In this document: piece after piece, positions 53,206 to 64,000 of the stretch
Layout: every line of letters begins with the position of its first letter
Numbering within the stretch: position 1 is the stretch's first letter
Assembly: GCF_009914755.1 (NCBI RefSeq)
Contig: NC_060935.1
DNA: 64,000 nt
From: the human T2T-CHM13v2.0 reference genome, Homo sapiens
Direction: 5' to 3' (one strand)
The notes under the pieces: generated by a model
Seen by the model: only the letters and a program-made list of their open reading frames with translations
Database searches by the model: none
Told to the model about the DNA's origin: nothing
Made by a program: the position numbers and the translations under genes

Positions 53206-55055
53206 TCACATGTTCTTGGGACCTCTAGAAGAGAGGAGTTTACCCAACTCACAGGTATTTCAGGGTACAAACCTATGGCTGGGCTCAGCTTTAAAAGATC
53301 TTATCTGAGATTCCTTGTCAAACAGAGTTCCATCAAAGCCAATCTAAAAGGCCTATGTAGAAAGAATTATTCTTGCTGCACTTTAAGCAAATAATCAGGC
53401 CAAATATAAGACTAAAGTCTATTTTGTACAGAACACAGCCCTATCATGATTTGTTTTTGACATAAATTAGGACTACAGAGAGAGAAATTAGGTTTCAAAA
53501 CTTATCATCATTAGATTCTAGACTCATTAGTTGTTTTTAAGTTTTTGTCTACGTTTTAGACTAACCTTGCTTTTTCCTGTGAACCAAACAGCAATCTCCA
53601 GCTGCGGCTAAGAGAAAACAAAAGTTGATGGGTAATGTAAAAATCTAGATCAATATTCTAGTTCTGGGCATTTATCCTGCAAATCCTGCCAGGTGCTGGG
53701 AATAAATAGGATGCTCATCACCCAGAGGTTTCTTTTTTGGGAAAGTAAGACAACAGGGACTAACCAAAGCCAAGCCCCATGCACCCAAATCTTAGCAAGC
53801 ATAACTATAGGCACCAGTTATCTGGGCATGTCACAAGATATTCTTTTCTCTCCCTTGTTGAAGGAGGACTCAATTCTACAGCTTCACCTTAGCATTCAGC
53901 TTATGATAAGGGGTCCATGCAACACCCCAACCCTGCCTGCCCGGCAAGACACATTTTTGTCACAAACTCAATTCCAAGCTCATGTCAAACGCCTAGGAAA
54001 GAAAACTGGATCTGAGGGATGCAGAGGCAGATGATAATGAAAGTTAAAAGGCACAGCATATTTGAGCATTACTAATTCCTGCCAATTAACCCAAGCTTCC
54101 CATTTCATGGATAAAGGTCATGCTAGTATCCATGGCATAAATGAGGCCTAGGAAATTCAAAGGCTACTGACAGCAGGGGAGATAGGGGGTATGTGGGTAA
54201 GAGTGGATATTCCCACCCCCTATGCCCCCCTGTTAACATGGGTGAAAGCTGCTTTGATATGCATGTGTGGCACCCTATCATGGTTGCAGGGACTCAGGGA
54301 TACAAGGATGGAGGAAAGAAAGAGGAATGCCTCACTTTCCTCCCTCCCATACCCTGGGTATTTGCTAGGAAGAGAAAGGAATAAGGGATGCCTGCTCCCC
54401 TGTTTCTAGATAAGTAGCCATTCATCTTGTCTATACCCCTTTTGAATGCATCCTGAACCCCTGGGACTCCTCTGAGAAAAAAAAAAAAATACTTCTTTTT
54501 TTCCTTTTTCCTCCTCTGTCCTCTCTTCACTGATAGGTGATTGTGTCTCCATACTATGGGACACTTCTGTCAGATGCATCCTTCAAACTGGGACGAGTTA
54601 ATTTCCCAAACCTTAGACTAGTTGGCTTAGGACTGGGCTCAGGGAAAAGGAACCCAGAAGCCTCACATGCCAGCAAAAGGGTAAAAGTTTTTTTTTTTTT
54701 TTTTTTTATCATTTCGAGGTTTTTGGCCTCCCTCTCTCTGTGCAAACTGGTAAAAGGCCTTGGGATGTTTGAGCTGTCCTTACCCTCCACTTCTTTTGTT
54801 TTGATACATGTTTTCTAATAACTTGGTTTGTCTCTTCTTGCCTTTAGGCCATCAGACTCCAAATGGTCATGCAACTGGAGCCTTAGACAATGGCCCCTTT
54901 TGCCAGGGACCCTTAGATAGGCCTCTTAGGGGGATCTGACTTCTGTTTTCCCAAAACAGGACCTCTTGTCAGCAGGAAGCTGTTAAGAGTGGTCTTCATC
55001 CTTATCCTTACCCTTTTCTTAATGGCAGTTAGATGTACTTCTTTAGAGAAAGGAA
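53206..55055 (+). mobile_element. ERV1 internal sequence (MER61-int/MER4 group), 3' part only, ending in an env-tail remnant and polypurine tract
   Basis: cagagttccatcaaagccaat...attattcttgctgcacttta; decayed env tail AIRLQMVMQLEP...GPLDRPL...SAGS; PPT agagaaaggaa directly before the LTR TG. Confidence 0.8.
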
Positions 55056-55455
55056 TGTGACAGCCAAATGCCTAGGTAGATAAAAAGGGGTCCCCAGAGA
55101 ATCTCTTGACCTGGCTCACAAGTGTCTACATCAGATGCTTTTGTGCAGATGAGGGAACCTGCCCAGGACTTTGTCTGAGCATGCCCACACGAGCACTGGG
55201 GGAACAGCGTGGGGCCACGAGGAGGGGGAGGAGCCTAGCCTCTTCACTTCCTGTGTGGTAGCCTGGGATTTAATCTGTGAGGTGGGGGACCTGTTAGCAG
55301 GACCCATCTCACTTTGCCGAGTTTTTTTTTTTTTCTCTTTTCACCCAGTAGAATCCTGCTCTACTCACCCTTCAATGTGTCCATGTGCCTAAATTTTCCT
55401 GATTGTGTAACAAGAACCCTGTTTTAGCTGAACTAAGGAGCAAAATTCTACAATA
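55056..55455 (+). mobile_element. MER61-family ERV1 3' LTR
   Basis: tgtgacagccaaatgcctagg...aaaaggggtcccc...ttttagctgaactaaggagcaaaattctacaa. Confidence 0.85.
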
Positions 55456-56688
55456 TTGATCTCTTGCAATGTATTGACGAGAACTACATAAGAAAATGTA
55501 AAGTCCCATTATAAAACACAGCTTGGCACATATTAAGTACCGAATAAATGGTAGCTATAATTATTTTATAAGACGTCCAGATTTACAAAATAAACACTGC
55601 CACGATTTGTTATAGTTTGAAAAAGAAAAGAAAAACTAATTACACATGAACATTTTTTTTCAACCTGTAAACAAAAGTAGACAAGTGACAAGTAGCTGTT
55701 AGAAACTGTGCAGATAAGGTTCACAAGTTCTTCAGAATAATTATTTGCCTCTTTCAAGTTGAAAACAAGGGAAATCTGTTTCCCAAGTGTTTCACCCCCT
55801 TCCCCCATCCCCCATCTCTAACAATGCCTTATTTACTTGTTTTCTAATGACTTCTTGCTGCGTTTTTCATCAAGTTGTCTCGTCTGGAACAGAACATATG
55901 TACTGCAGGCCCTAATTAAGGCTAACTAAAGTACCTCTTGCTTTCGATTTAATCCAATCTGCCAGCAATCAAGAAAAACCCTGCAATGGCAGGCTGGCCT
56001 CCACTTAAGCTGCTTTGCAGAAATGGGACAAAGTGCCCACGTCAAGTGGGAGTCCGAAATGATACCTGATGAAAATGAAAAATGACAGACTCTCTCACAT
56101 GAAAAAATAAAGCTTCTTAATAGCAAATAGGCACTGACAAAGCTCAGGAAAGCCACAGAAACAGTATTTGGTGGGAATTGGAAAAAGAGAGTCCTTTGAA
56201 AGCAAGAAAACATAACTTCCTGTTATATAATTTTCTATTCTCAGCCCTCTGTACAGCTCTAAAATTAAATCAAATTGAAGACATATTATTTAATTTTGAT
56301 TTACTTCTGCCCCAACTTCACAACAAAGTCAGTTAAGATGGTTAATTAATATGTCTTTTCTGACCCTTGTTTAAGCTCTAAGGAAATTTATTTTGAGTCA
56401 TTGCTTGGACACGCTCTGAGTGCTTTCTTCTTCTGGATAATGAGAACTATTTATTCAATTGCATGCTCCTCATAACCAACAATGAGACTCAGATACAGCA
56501 ACCTACTTGGTCTGTGCCGTTCTGCTCCCCTTAAACCCAACCATTATATATTTATCTTTCCTTGGTGAGTCTGTGCAATGATGGCTGGCAAGCAATCTCT
56601 GTAACAGTCACATTGTACCTGAAGAACTTCTACAGGGACAGTTTCTTTTTTTCTCTCTTTCTCTCTCTCTTTGTTAGTTTGCCATACT

Positions 56689-57718
56689 TATTTTTTTTCC
56701 TTCAACTTTCAAGTTCTAGGGTACATGTGCAGGATGTGCAGATTTGTTACATAGGTAAACATGTGCCATGGTGGTTTGCTGAACAGATCAACCCATCACC
56801 TTTGTTTCACCTGCGTCCCTGTGAAGAGGCCACCAAACAGGCTTTGTGTGAGCAACAAGGCTGTTTATTTCACCTGGGTGCAGGTGGGCTGAGTCCAAAA
56901 AGAGAGTCAGCGAAGGGAGATAGGGGTGGGGCTGTTTTATAGGATTTGGGTAGGTAAAAGAAAATCACAGTCAGAGGGGGTTGTTCTCTGGCTGGCAGGG
57001 GTGGGGGTCACAAGGTGCTCAGTGGGGGAGCTTTTGAGCCAGGATAAGCCAGGAGAAGGAATTTCACAATGTAATGTCATCAGTTAAGGCAGGAACAGGC
57101 CATTTTCACTTCTTTTGTGATTCTTCAGTTACTTCAGGCCATCTGGATGTATACATGAAGGTCACAGGGGATATGATAGCTTAGCTTGGGCTCAGAGGCC
57201 TGACACTTTGTATTAAGCCCAGCATGCATTAGCTGTTCTTCCTGATACTCTCCCTCCACCGCCCCCCAACAGACCACAGTGTGTGGTGCTCCACCCATCC
57301 ATGTGTCCATGTGTTCTTATTGTTCAGCTCCCACTTACAAGTGAGAACATGCACTGTTTTGTCTTTTTGTTGTTGTTGTTACTGTGTTAGTTTGCTGAAG
57401 ATAACAGCTTCCAACTCCATCCATGTTCCTGCAAAGGACATGATCTACTTCCTTTTCATGGCTGAATAGTATTCCATGGTGTGTATATATACTTTCTTTA
57501 TCTAGTCTATTATTGATGGGCATTTGGGTTGATATTGTGTCCCTTTGCTATTGTGAATAGTGCTGCAATGAACATACACGTGCATATATCTTTATAGTAG
57601 AATGATTTATATTCCTTTGGGTATATACCTAGTAATGGGATTGCTGGGTCAAATGATATTTCTGCCTCTAGATCTTAGAGGAATCACCACACTCTCTTCC
57701 ATAATGGTTGAACTAATT
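56689..57718 (-). mobile_element. L1PA10/11-like 3' fragment, interrupted by LTR7
   Basis: gggtacatgtgcaggatgtgcag...cagatcaacccatcac / tattaagcccagcatgcattagc...ataatggttgaactaatt. Confidence 0.9.
56805..57205 (-). mobile_element. Solo LTR7 (HERV-H), 401 bp
   Basis: Reverse strand reads tgtcaggcctctgagcccaagctaag...ctcttcacagggacgcaggtgaaa; perfect 5-bp TSD ctttg (56800-56804 / 57206-57210). Confidence 0.95.
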
Positions 57719-57869
57719 CTACCTCTCCAGAGGCATGTGTCTTCATCCAAACCTCTTTGCCACACTATTTTCTTCTTCAGTCTTTATCAACTTTTCTCCC
57801 TAAAATCAGAGGAATTTGCAGTGGCAAGATAACAAGGGTATTTGCTGGGAATGTTCATTTCATTTGTTA

Positions 57870-58120
57870 TGGAGAGGTTTTGTGGTGGAAAGGAAGAGGA
57901 TGAATATTGGATCCAGACAGGCCTCGATTTACCTGTGGTTTCCCTTTCTGTTGTCTGTGTGGTCCTGGGCAAATACCAATGTTTCAGTTTGCTTGCTATC
58001 ATCAGACTCTTTAAGACAACGTTATATAACACTCTAAGGATAATTGGGGATTAAGTGATAAAAATAAGTATAAAGTACTCATAATGCCTTGTATATAGTA
58101 GCCACTTAATATATAACTTT
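57870..58120 (+). mobile_element. MIR
   Basis: ggatccagacaggcct...tgtgtggtcctgggcaaat...tttcagtttgcttgctatc...gggattaagtgata. Confidence 0.65.
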
Positions 58121-58345
58121 CCTTCATTTCTTTCCAATTATATTTTATTTTGTGATTTGGAAATCATTCAGCTGTCTCCCAAGTTTTGAACCAATCGTAA
58201 CCCCCTATATATAGCATAGAGAACGAGTTACTAATTTCTGTTAAGCTATCCCTGACTCTCAGCTTCAACAGGCTTAATCTCTGTTGCTCTATCAAAGAAT
58301 AAGTAGCTACTGCCATGGTGATAGCTTTTCAAGTTGAAGGAAAAA

Positions 58346-58430
58346 AAAGGAATGTGCTCTAATATTCTTCTAAGGGTTTAGAAGAATAATTCTAAGAAGG
58401 GTTTAGAAGAATATTAGAGCATATTTCTTT
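58346..58430. repeat. 28-bp-arm inverted repeat with an internal 17-bp direct duplication
   Basis: aaaggaatgtgctctaatattcttctaa / ttagaagaatattagagcatatttcttt (2 mismatches). Confidence 0.9.
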
Positions 58431-58439
58431 GAAAAGAGA

Positions 58440-58850
58440 CAAATCTCTAAGTCATGTGTATCTTTGAGGGGTTCTCCTTTGTTTTAGAATAAAGCTCATC
58501 CTCCCTGGCATCTTATCAACCTTTTAAGTATCTGGTTCCACAAATCTCTATCTGCTCATCTTTAGCAAGTCCCACCACTCTGGGCTACTTGTATTCACCA
58601 CAGTCTCTCAGTCTTTGCATTTTTACTTTTTTCTCTTTATCTAGAACTCACTTCCCATCCTCTTTACAGACTACAAATTTCTCAAGATTTAGATCAAAGA
58701 TTCCTACCCCCAGGAAGCCTTTCCTTGTTGGTTCATGTCCTAAGGTCTTTCTTTTTCTGTATTCTCAAAGCTGGGCCTCATTCCAGCCTCGAGCCATACT
58801 TGCCAGAAAGCCGTCACTCAATAAATGCTTCTTAAATTAACGAATAAATG
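58440..58850 (+). mobile_element. L2 3' portion
   Basis: ttagaataaagctcatcctccctggc...ccccaggaagcctttcc...cactcaataaatgcttcttaaattaacgaat. Confidence 0.65.
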
Positions 58851-59011
58851 ATAGTTGTCTCAATCTATTATCATTACTTGACTATTTCCTTTTATTTACA
58901 AGAAATTTCTTAAGAACAGAAGATAACTTTCTAGCTGGGCAACAACCTTGTCCTGCAGTGGGTAGTCAGTGCCTATATCTGGGAAAACTAGATAGATAAT
59001 TACATAGATAA

Positions 59012-59366
<355 letters not shown>

Positions 59367-59459
59367 AGTTGTACTCTTATATAAGTGAAAAAAACAGAAC
59401 CATATAAGGTGATGCACAAATTAACTGGGTTATCTTCATAAGGTAATAACTTTTTATTT

Positions 59460-59720
59460 TATTAACAATAGTTATTAATATTGTTTAATATTACACACAT
59501 GACAATATACTAAAAGCTGTACATTCATTGTCTTATGCAATCATTATTACTACTCTATAAAGTAATTACTATCATTATTCTCATCTTAAAGGTAAGGAAA
59601 TTAAATTTTAGAGAGGTGAGTGGATTGTCAAATATTACAACTCTAAAAAGCAATGAGAACTCAAGTCTATATGGAGTTGAAGACCAAGCTGTCAAAGACC
59701 TACTGTACAGTGACCACTCC
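59460..59720 (-). mobile_element. MIR
   Basis: attattctcatcttaaaggtaaggaaattaaatttta...ttgtcaaatattacaact. Confidence 0.6.
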
Positions 59721-60963
59721 ATTTATGTTCAATACCACGAGATTGTCACTGGTATAGTAACAATACTACTGCTCTAAAAGAAACACCCTAGAAACGTAGA
59801 GAAATTAGGCAGCAAACGATTAAAACTGACTCCTAGGAAGAATTACAGCCTTCAGGGACCTTGATCTTATTAACTGTTGTTTGATGAACATGGCAAGTAT
59901 CTGGTACAACGCATATAAATGCAGCATGGCGAGGGTTGCAGCATGGTCAAACACATATTGTACACAATTAGAATGCCGTGTACTGTGCTAGATGCTTTGC
60001 AAAGGTGAAAAGAGAACATATCTATTATATTTAATCATCATGATAACTTTATGATGTGGGGCATTTCATTTCAATTTCATTGATTAACAAATTAGCTCAT
60101 TTACCCATGGCAAAATAATTCTTTGAAATTTAAATTTTGTTTCCTTCTCATTGTTATAATTCTAAGAAAAAGTTATCTCCCAACATTTCCTCCCTTTGCC
60201 CCAATGACCCTCTGGCTTCTCTTATCAGGGTGAGGGTAGAATATGAATAAATGTATTTGTATGTCATAAACCATTCCAAAGGCAATTATCCCTATGCCCC
60301 ACATGTTCCAGGGCTTTGTATCACTGGATATGGCAATTTGAGGAGGAAGAGTTGCCACCTAAGTAGTAGGGAGATGGCTGGTTTCCTATAAGCTGAGAAT
60401 ACTAAGTGTTATGGGTTCCTAGAGGAGATCTGTGTGCATCACTGGTGTACAGCACCTCAGGGGAAGTAGGACCTTGAGGCAAATTGATCCCATGGGAGTT
60501 TTTGGACACCAGGACTCAGAGAGTATTCATGTTTCCAGCATGAGGAGAGGGAAACAGAACATCTTTCAATGGCCTGTGTGAGTAAAAGAGCATCTCTGAT
60601 AGTGGCCTCTACGATAAATTTAAAACCAATGGGAGCTTCTTTGGTTTGTCAGGACTATGAGAGCACAGAGTTTTCTTCACGAAAGGATTTCTTGATCCTT
60701 CCCTCATCTTTGAAGAACTGAGGTCAGATTTCCAGACAAACCTAGAATATGGAAATGACTCTTATACAATTGGATATAGATGGAAAATAAAGAAATTAGT
60801 AATTTCCTGTCACTTGAGTGTTTTGGTACATATTCATGTTGACCACACACTTGTTTAACAAACCTATATTGATCACCAAAATGTTTTAGTTATTTTGCAA
60901 GTCACGAGGGGTAAGATCATGATCAAGACATAGCTCCTAATTTTAAAGGGTCCACAGTACTGG

Positions 60964-61739
60964 TGATACAGAGAGAAGGCAAGAAAATACTAGGTAGAAA
61001 AGTGCGGGCTCCACTCTCAAGCCTGGACCCATGCCCTAAGTGAGAATATACATTCCTGTTTTCCTGCCCAAATGTTGCCTTTTCCAAAATCACCCTGGCC
61101 TGCCATGCTCCCCATCCTATACCCATAAAAACTGCAGCTTCCACTGGTAGAGGGGCAGAGTAGAGGAGCAGTGCAGCAGAAAAGGAGAGAAGAGAAGAAG
61201 CGTCTGAACATCGAGAGGAGAAGCAGCAGCTGGACATCAGAGACTATGGTTGGAGAGGAGTTCAGCTGCTATCTTCCCACTCCATCCCCTTTCCAGCTTC
61301 CCATCCTATTGAGAGCCACTTCCACAACTCAATAAAATCTTCCACATTCACCACTCTTCAATTTGTTTGTGCAACACAATTCTTCTTATATGCTGGACGA
61401 GAATGTGCGTACCAAGAGGGCAGGTGCAAAAGTCTGTCACCCTGACCCTCCACTGATCTGGTTAACACTTAGCCACCCACAGATGGCAAAGCTAACAGAG
61501 CCCACTGTAACACATACCCCTGGGGTTCCAGGGGTTGTAGGCAACCCCTAGATGCTGCCATGGGTTTGGTACAGGGTTTATTCCTGCCAGCATCCAAAAG
61601 CACTCTTGCCCTGGCTCCTGCACCTACCTGCTCACCTGCCTTCTCCCCCTCCTACAGGGGGTTTTAGAGCTGCTAGCTTAGAAAGTGAGCCACCCCTTCA
61701 CAAGTCCTGCAAAGGGGTCAAGGGAACCATCCCATCTCA
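60964..61739 (+). mobile_element. Solo LTR1-family LTR (ERV1, HUERS-P2 group)
   Basis: TG...CA ends (tgatacagag...aaatactaggtagaa...agggaaccatcccatctca); AATAAA at 61331; 4-bp TSD ctgg (60960-60963 / 61740-61743). Confidence 0.88.
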
Positions 61740-61769
61740 CTGGTAAGACAAAAAAAGTAACTGGCAAAT

Positions 61770-62803
61770 TGTTGTGGGAAGTCAGGGACCCTGAATGGAG
61801 GGACCGGCTGGAGCCACGGCAGAGGAAAAAAAATTGTGAAGATTTCATGGACATTTACCAGTTCCCAAATAATACTTTCATAATTTCTTACACCTGTCTT
61901 ACTTTAATCTCTTAATCCTGTTATCTTCGTAAGATGAGGATGTACGTCACCTCGGGGCCACTATGATAATTATGTTAACTGTACAAATTAATTGTAAAAC
62001 CTGTGTTTGAACAATATGAAATCAGTGCACCTTGAAAAAGAACAGAATAACAGTGATTTTAGGGAACAAGGGAAGACAACCATAAGGTCTGACTGCCTGC
62101 GGGGTTGGGCAAGAAGAGCCATATTTCTCTTCTTGCAGAGAGCCTGTAAATGGACATGCAAGAAGGGAAGATATCGCTAAATTCTTTTCCTAGCAAGGAA
62201 TATTGATATTAATACTCTGGGAAAGGAATTCATTCCTGGGGGAAGGCCTATAAATGGCCACTCTGGGAATGCCTGTCCTATGCGATTGAGATAAGGACTG
62301 AGATACACCCTGGTCTCCTGAAGTACCCTCAGGCTTACTAGGGTGGGGAAAAACCCCACCCTGGTAAATTTGAGGTCAGACGAGTTCTCTGATCTCAAAC
62401 CCTGTTTTCTGTTGTTTAAGATGTTTATCAAGACAATATGTGCACCGCTGAACATAGATCCTTATCAGTAATTCTGCTTTTGCCCTTTGCCTTGTGATCT
62501 TTCCTTTTGCCCTTTGCATTGTGATCTTTGTTGGACCCTTATCAGGAGTTTCTGATTTTGCCTTTGTCCTGTTTCCTCAGAAGCATGTGATTTTTGTTCT
62601 CCTTTTTGCCCTTTGAAGCATGTGATCTTTGTGATCTACTCTCTGTTCTTGCACCCCCTCCTACCAATATGTGATGTCACCCCCAGTGGCCCAGCTGTAA
62701 AATTTCTCTCTTTGTACTCTTTCTCTTTATTTCTCAGCCGGCCGACACTTATGGAAAATAGAAAGAACCTACATTGAAATATTGGGGGTGGGCTCCCCCG
62801 ATA
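61770..62803 (+). mobile_element. Solo MER11 LTR (HML-8/HERV-K11)
   Basis: tgttgtgggaagtcagggaccctgaatggagggaccggctg...gggggtgggctcccccgata; perfect 6-bp TSD gcaaat (61764-61769 / 62804-62809). Confidence 0.95.
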
Positions 62804-63447
62804 GCAAATATAACATAGTGTGGAATAATCAAGATTGTGAAAGTAAGCATAAGCAACCGATTTTAAAGCACCATAAAGGAGGGTATGCTGATTTGATGTT
62901 TCAGGATTAGGGAAGGCATCCTGGAAAAAGAGAACAGCAAAGCAGAGATCTAAAGGACAAAGAAAAGATGGGCATGTCAACAAAGCTCGAGGAGCATGGG
63001 CTCAGGTTGGTTAAGCAACTTGCACATCTAGAAAATGATAGAGTTGCAATCTAAAGTTTATGATATTTCTGCTAGTGTACACTGTTAAAAGAAGGTCTTT
63101 GTCTAATGAGAACAGGAGTGGGTCAACCAAACAAATTGCAAAGAAAAGCAGATTTTAGCCAGTCCAACCCATGTGGAACTCTATGTTGAGGTCCCATTTA
63201 AGGCTCAATCTCCAGAAACAGATGAGCAGACCAGATGTACACAGCTAGCCTGCTACCTTGATGGTTCAATAATTCCCATTATAGTGATTGGAATCTAATG
63301 TTGGTAAGATCTGAGGCTCAGAGAGCCTTCATTTCCCCCTTTTAATTCCACCACATGGAAAAGAGCTGCAATTTAATCTCCAGACTAGACAGGAATGGCT
63401 ACTTCCTCTCTGGATGGACCCCTGCAGATACCATTGACCTAAAATGT

Positions 63448-63474
63448 AAAAAAAAAAAAAAAAAAAAAAAAAAA
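63448..63474. repeat. Pure poly(A)27 tract
   Basis: Directly visible. Confidence 0.95.
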
Positions 63475-64000
63475 GTGTTAGCAAGTCCCTAGGCTTACCA
63501 TATCTATTATACAAAGCACACAGGAATTCCATTGACAGGAGGCTAATACATGCTGTGTGGCAGCAGCAGCAGTAAGAGCAACAACCATATACAGCTGCAA
63601 CACAGGCACCATGAATCTGCTTGAGATGTAACTTTATTAGATAGATGGCCCTATTTGATTAATCATAGCAACTAGTGGGAAACACTATTTGCATAGAGCA
63701 TATCTTTTCTGTCCTAGCATCCATTTGTGGGTAAGACACATTTGATAAAAAGCAGTTAGGGAATGGGCATCAGGTGCATAAAAGGTTTACGTTGTTTTTA
63801 TGAACAAAATTGCTGTTTACAAATATCACACAGCAGGTTCTCTGTTTTATGGACAGAAATAATTCACTCTTAAGCTATAAAGGTCTCTGGGAAATGGATT
63901 TGCTTATCTCCATCTCATTTTAAATTATGAGGAGCCCATGCCACCATCCCAGAGGTTTCTACCTTTCCTGGCCATGCTTTGAATATTCACACACACCACC

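Larger units (their letters stand above)
60850..62990 (-). mobile_element. L2 host fragment split by LTR1 and MER11
   Basis: tttaacaaacctatattga...aagacatagctcct...cacagtactgg | taagaca | ...gggaaggcatcctggaaaa...gcagagatctaaagga. Confidence 0.6.

Noticed and set aside
53693-54818. ORFs in the ERV internal region as gag/pol/env genes
   Set aside because: No gag, RT, integrase or Env ectodomain motifs are present; only the broken env tail is recognisable.

Overview
AT-rich, CpG-poor primate genomic DNA, most likely human or great ape given AluY, L1PA3 and LTR7. It is intergenic or deep-intronic. I find no protein-coding exon, structural RNA gene, CpG island or CRISPR array, and the ORF track is noise apart from L1 ORF2 and Alu-derived remnants. 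A large share of the window is transposable-element debris: many MIR and L2 fragments; four Alus (AluSp, AluY, two AluS); two L1PA3-like 3' fragments; an L1PA10/11 fragment; old L1M pieces; DNA transposons (MER44B, MER82, MER58A, Tigger3, Tigger5/MER47, MADE1, MADE2, MER104, MER5); and about 12 LTR elements. The most structured part is a primate ERV cluster at 53.2-62.8 kb. It holds a 5'-deleted MER61-type provirus with a syncytin-like env tail, a solo LTR7 nested in an L1, and solo LTR1 and MER11 elements only 30 bp apart inside one L2. Several repeat-free islands carry enhancer-like motif clusters, and there is one good CTCF motif. I found no evidence for a wholly new biological system; the best leads are regulatory or evolutionary. 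Repeat family names come from recalled consensus sequences and should be confirmed with RepeatMasker/Dfam. Boundaries of old elements are approximate.
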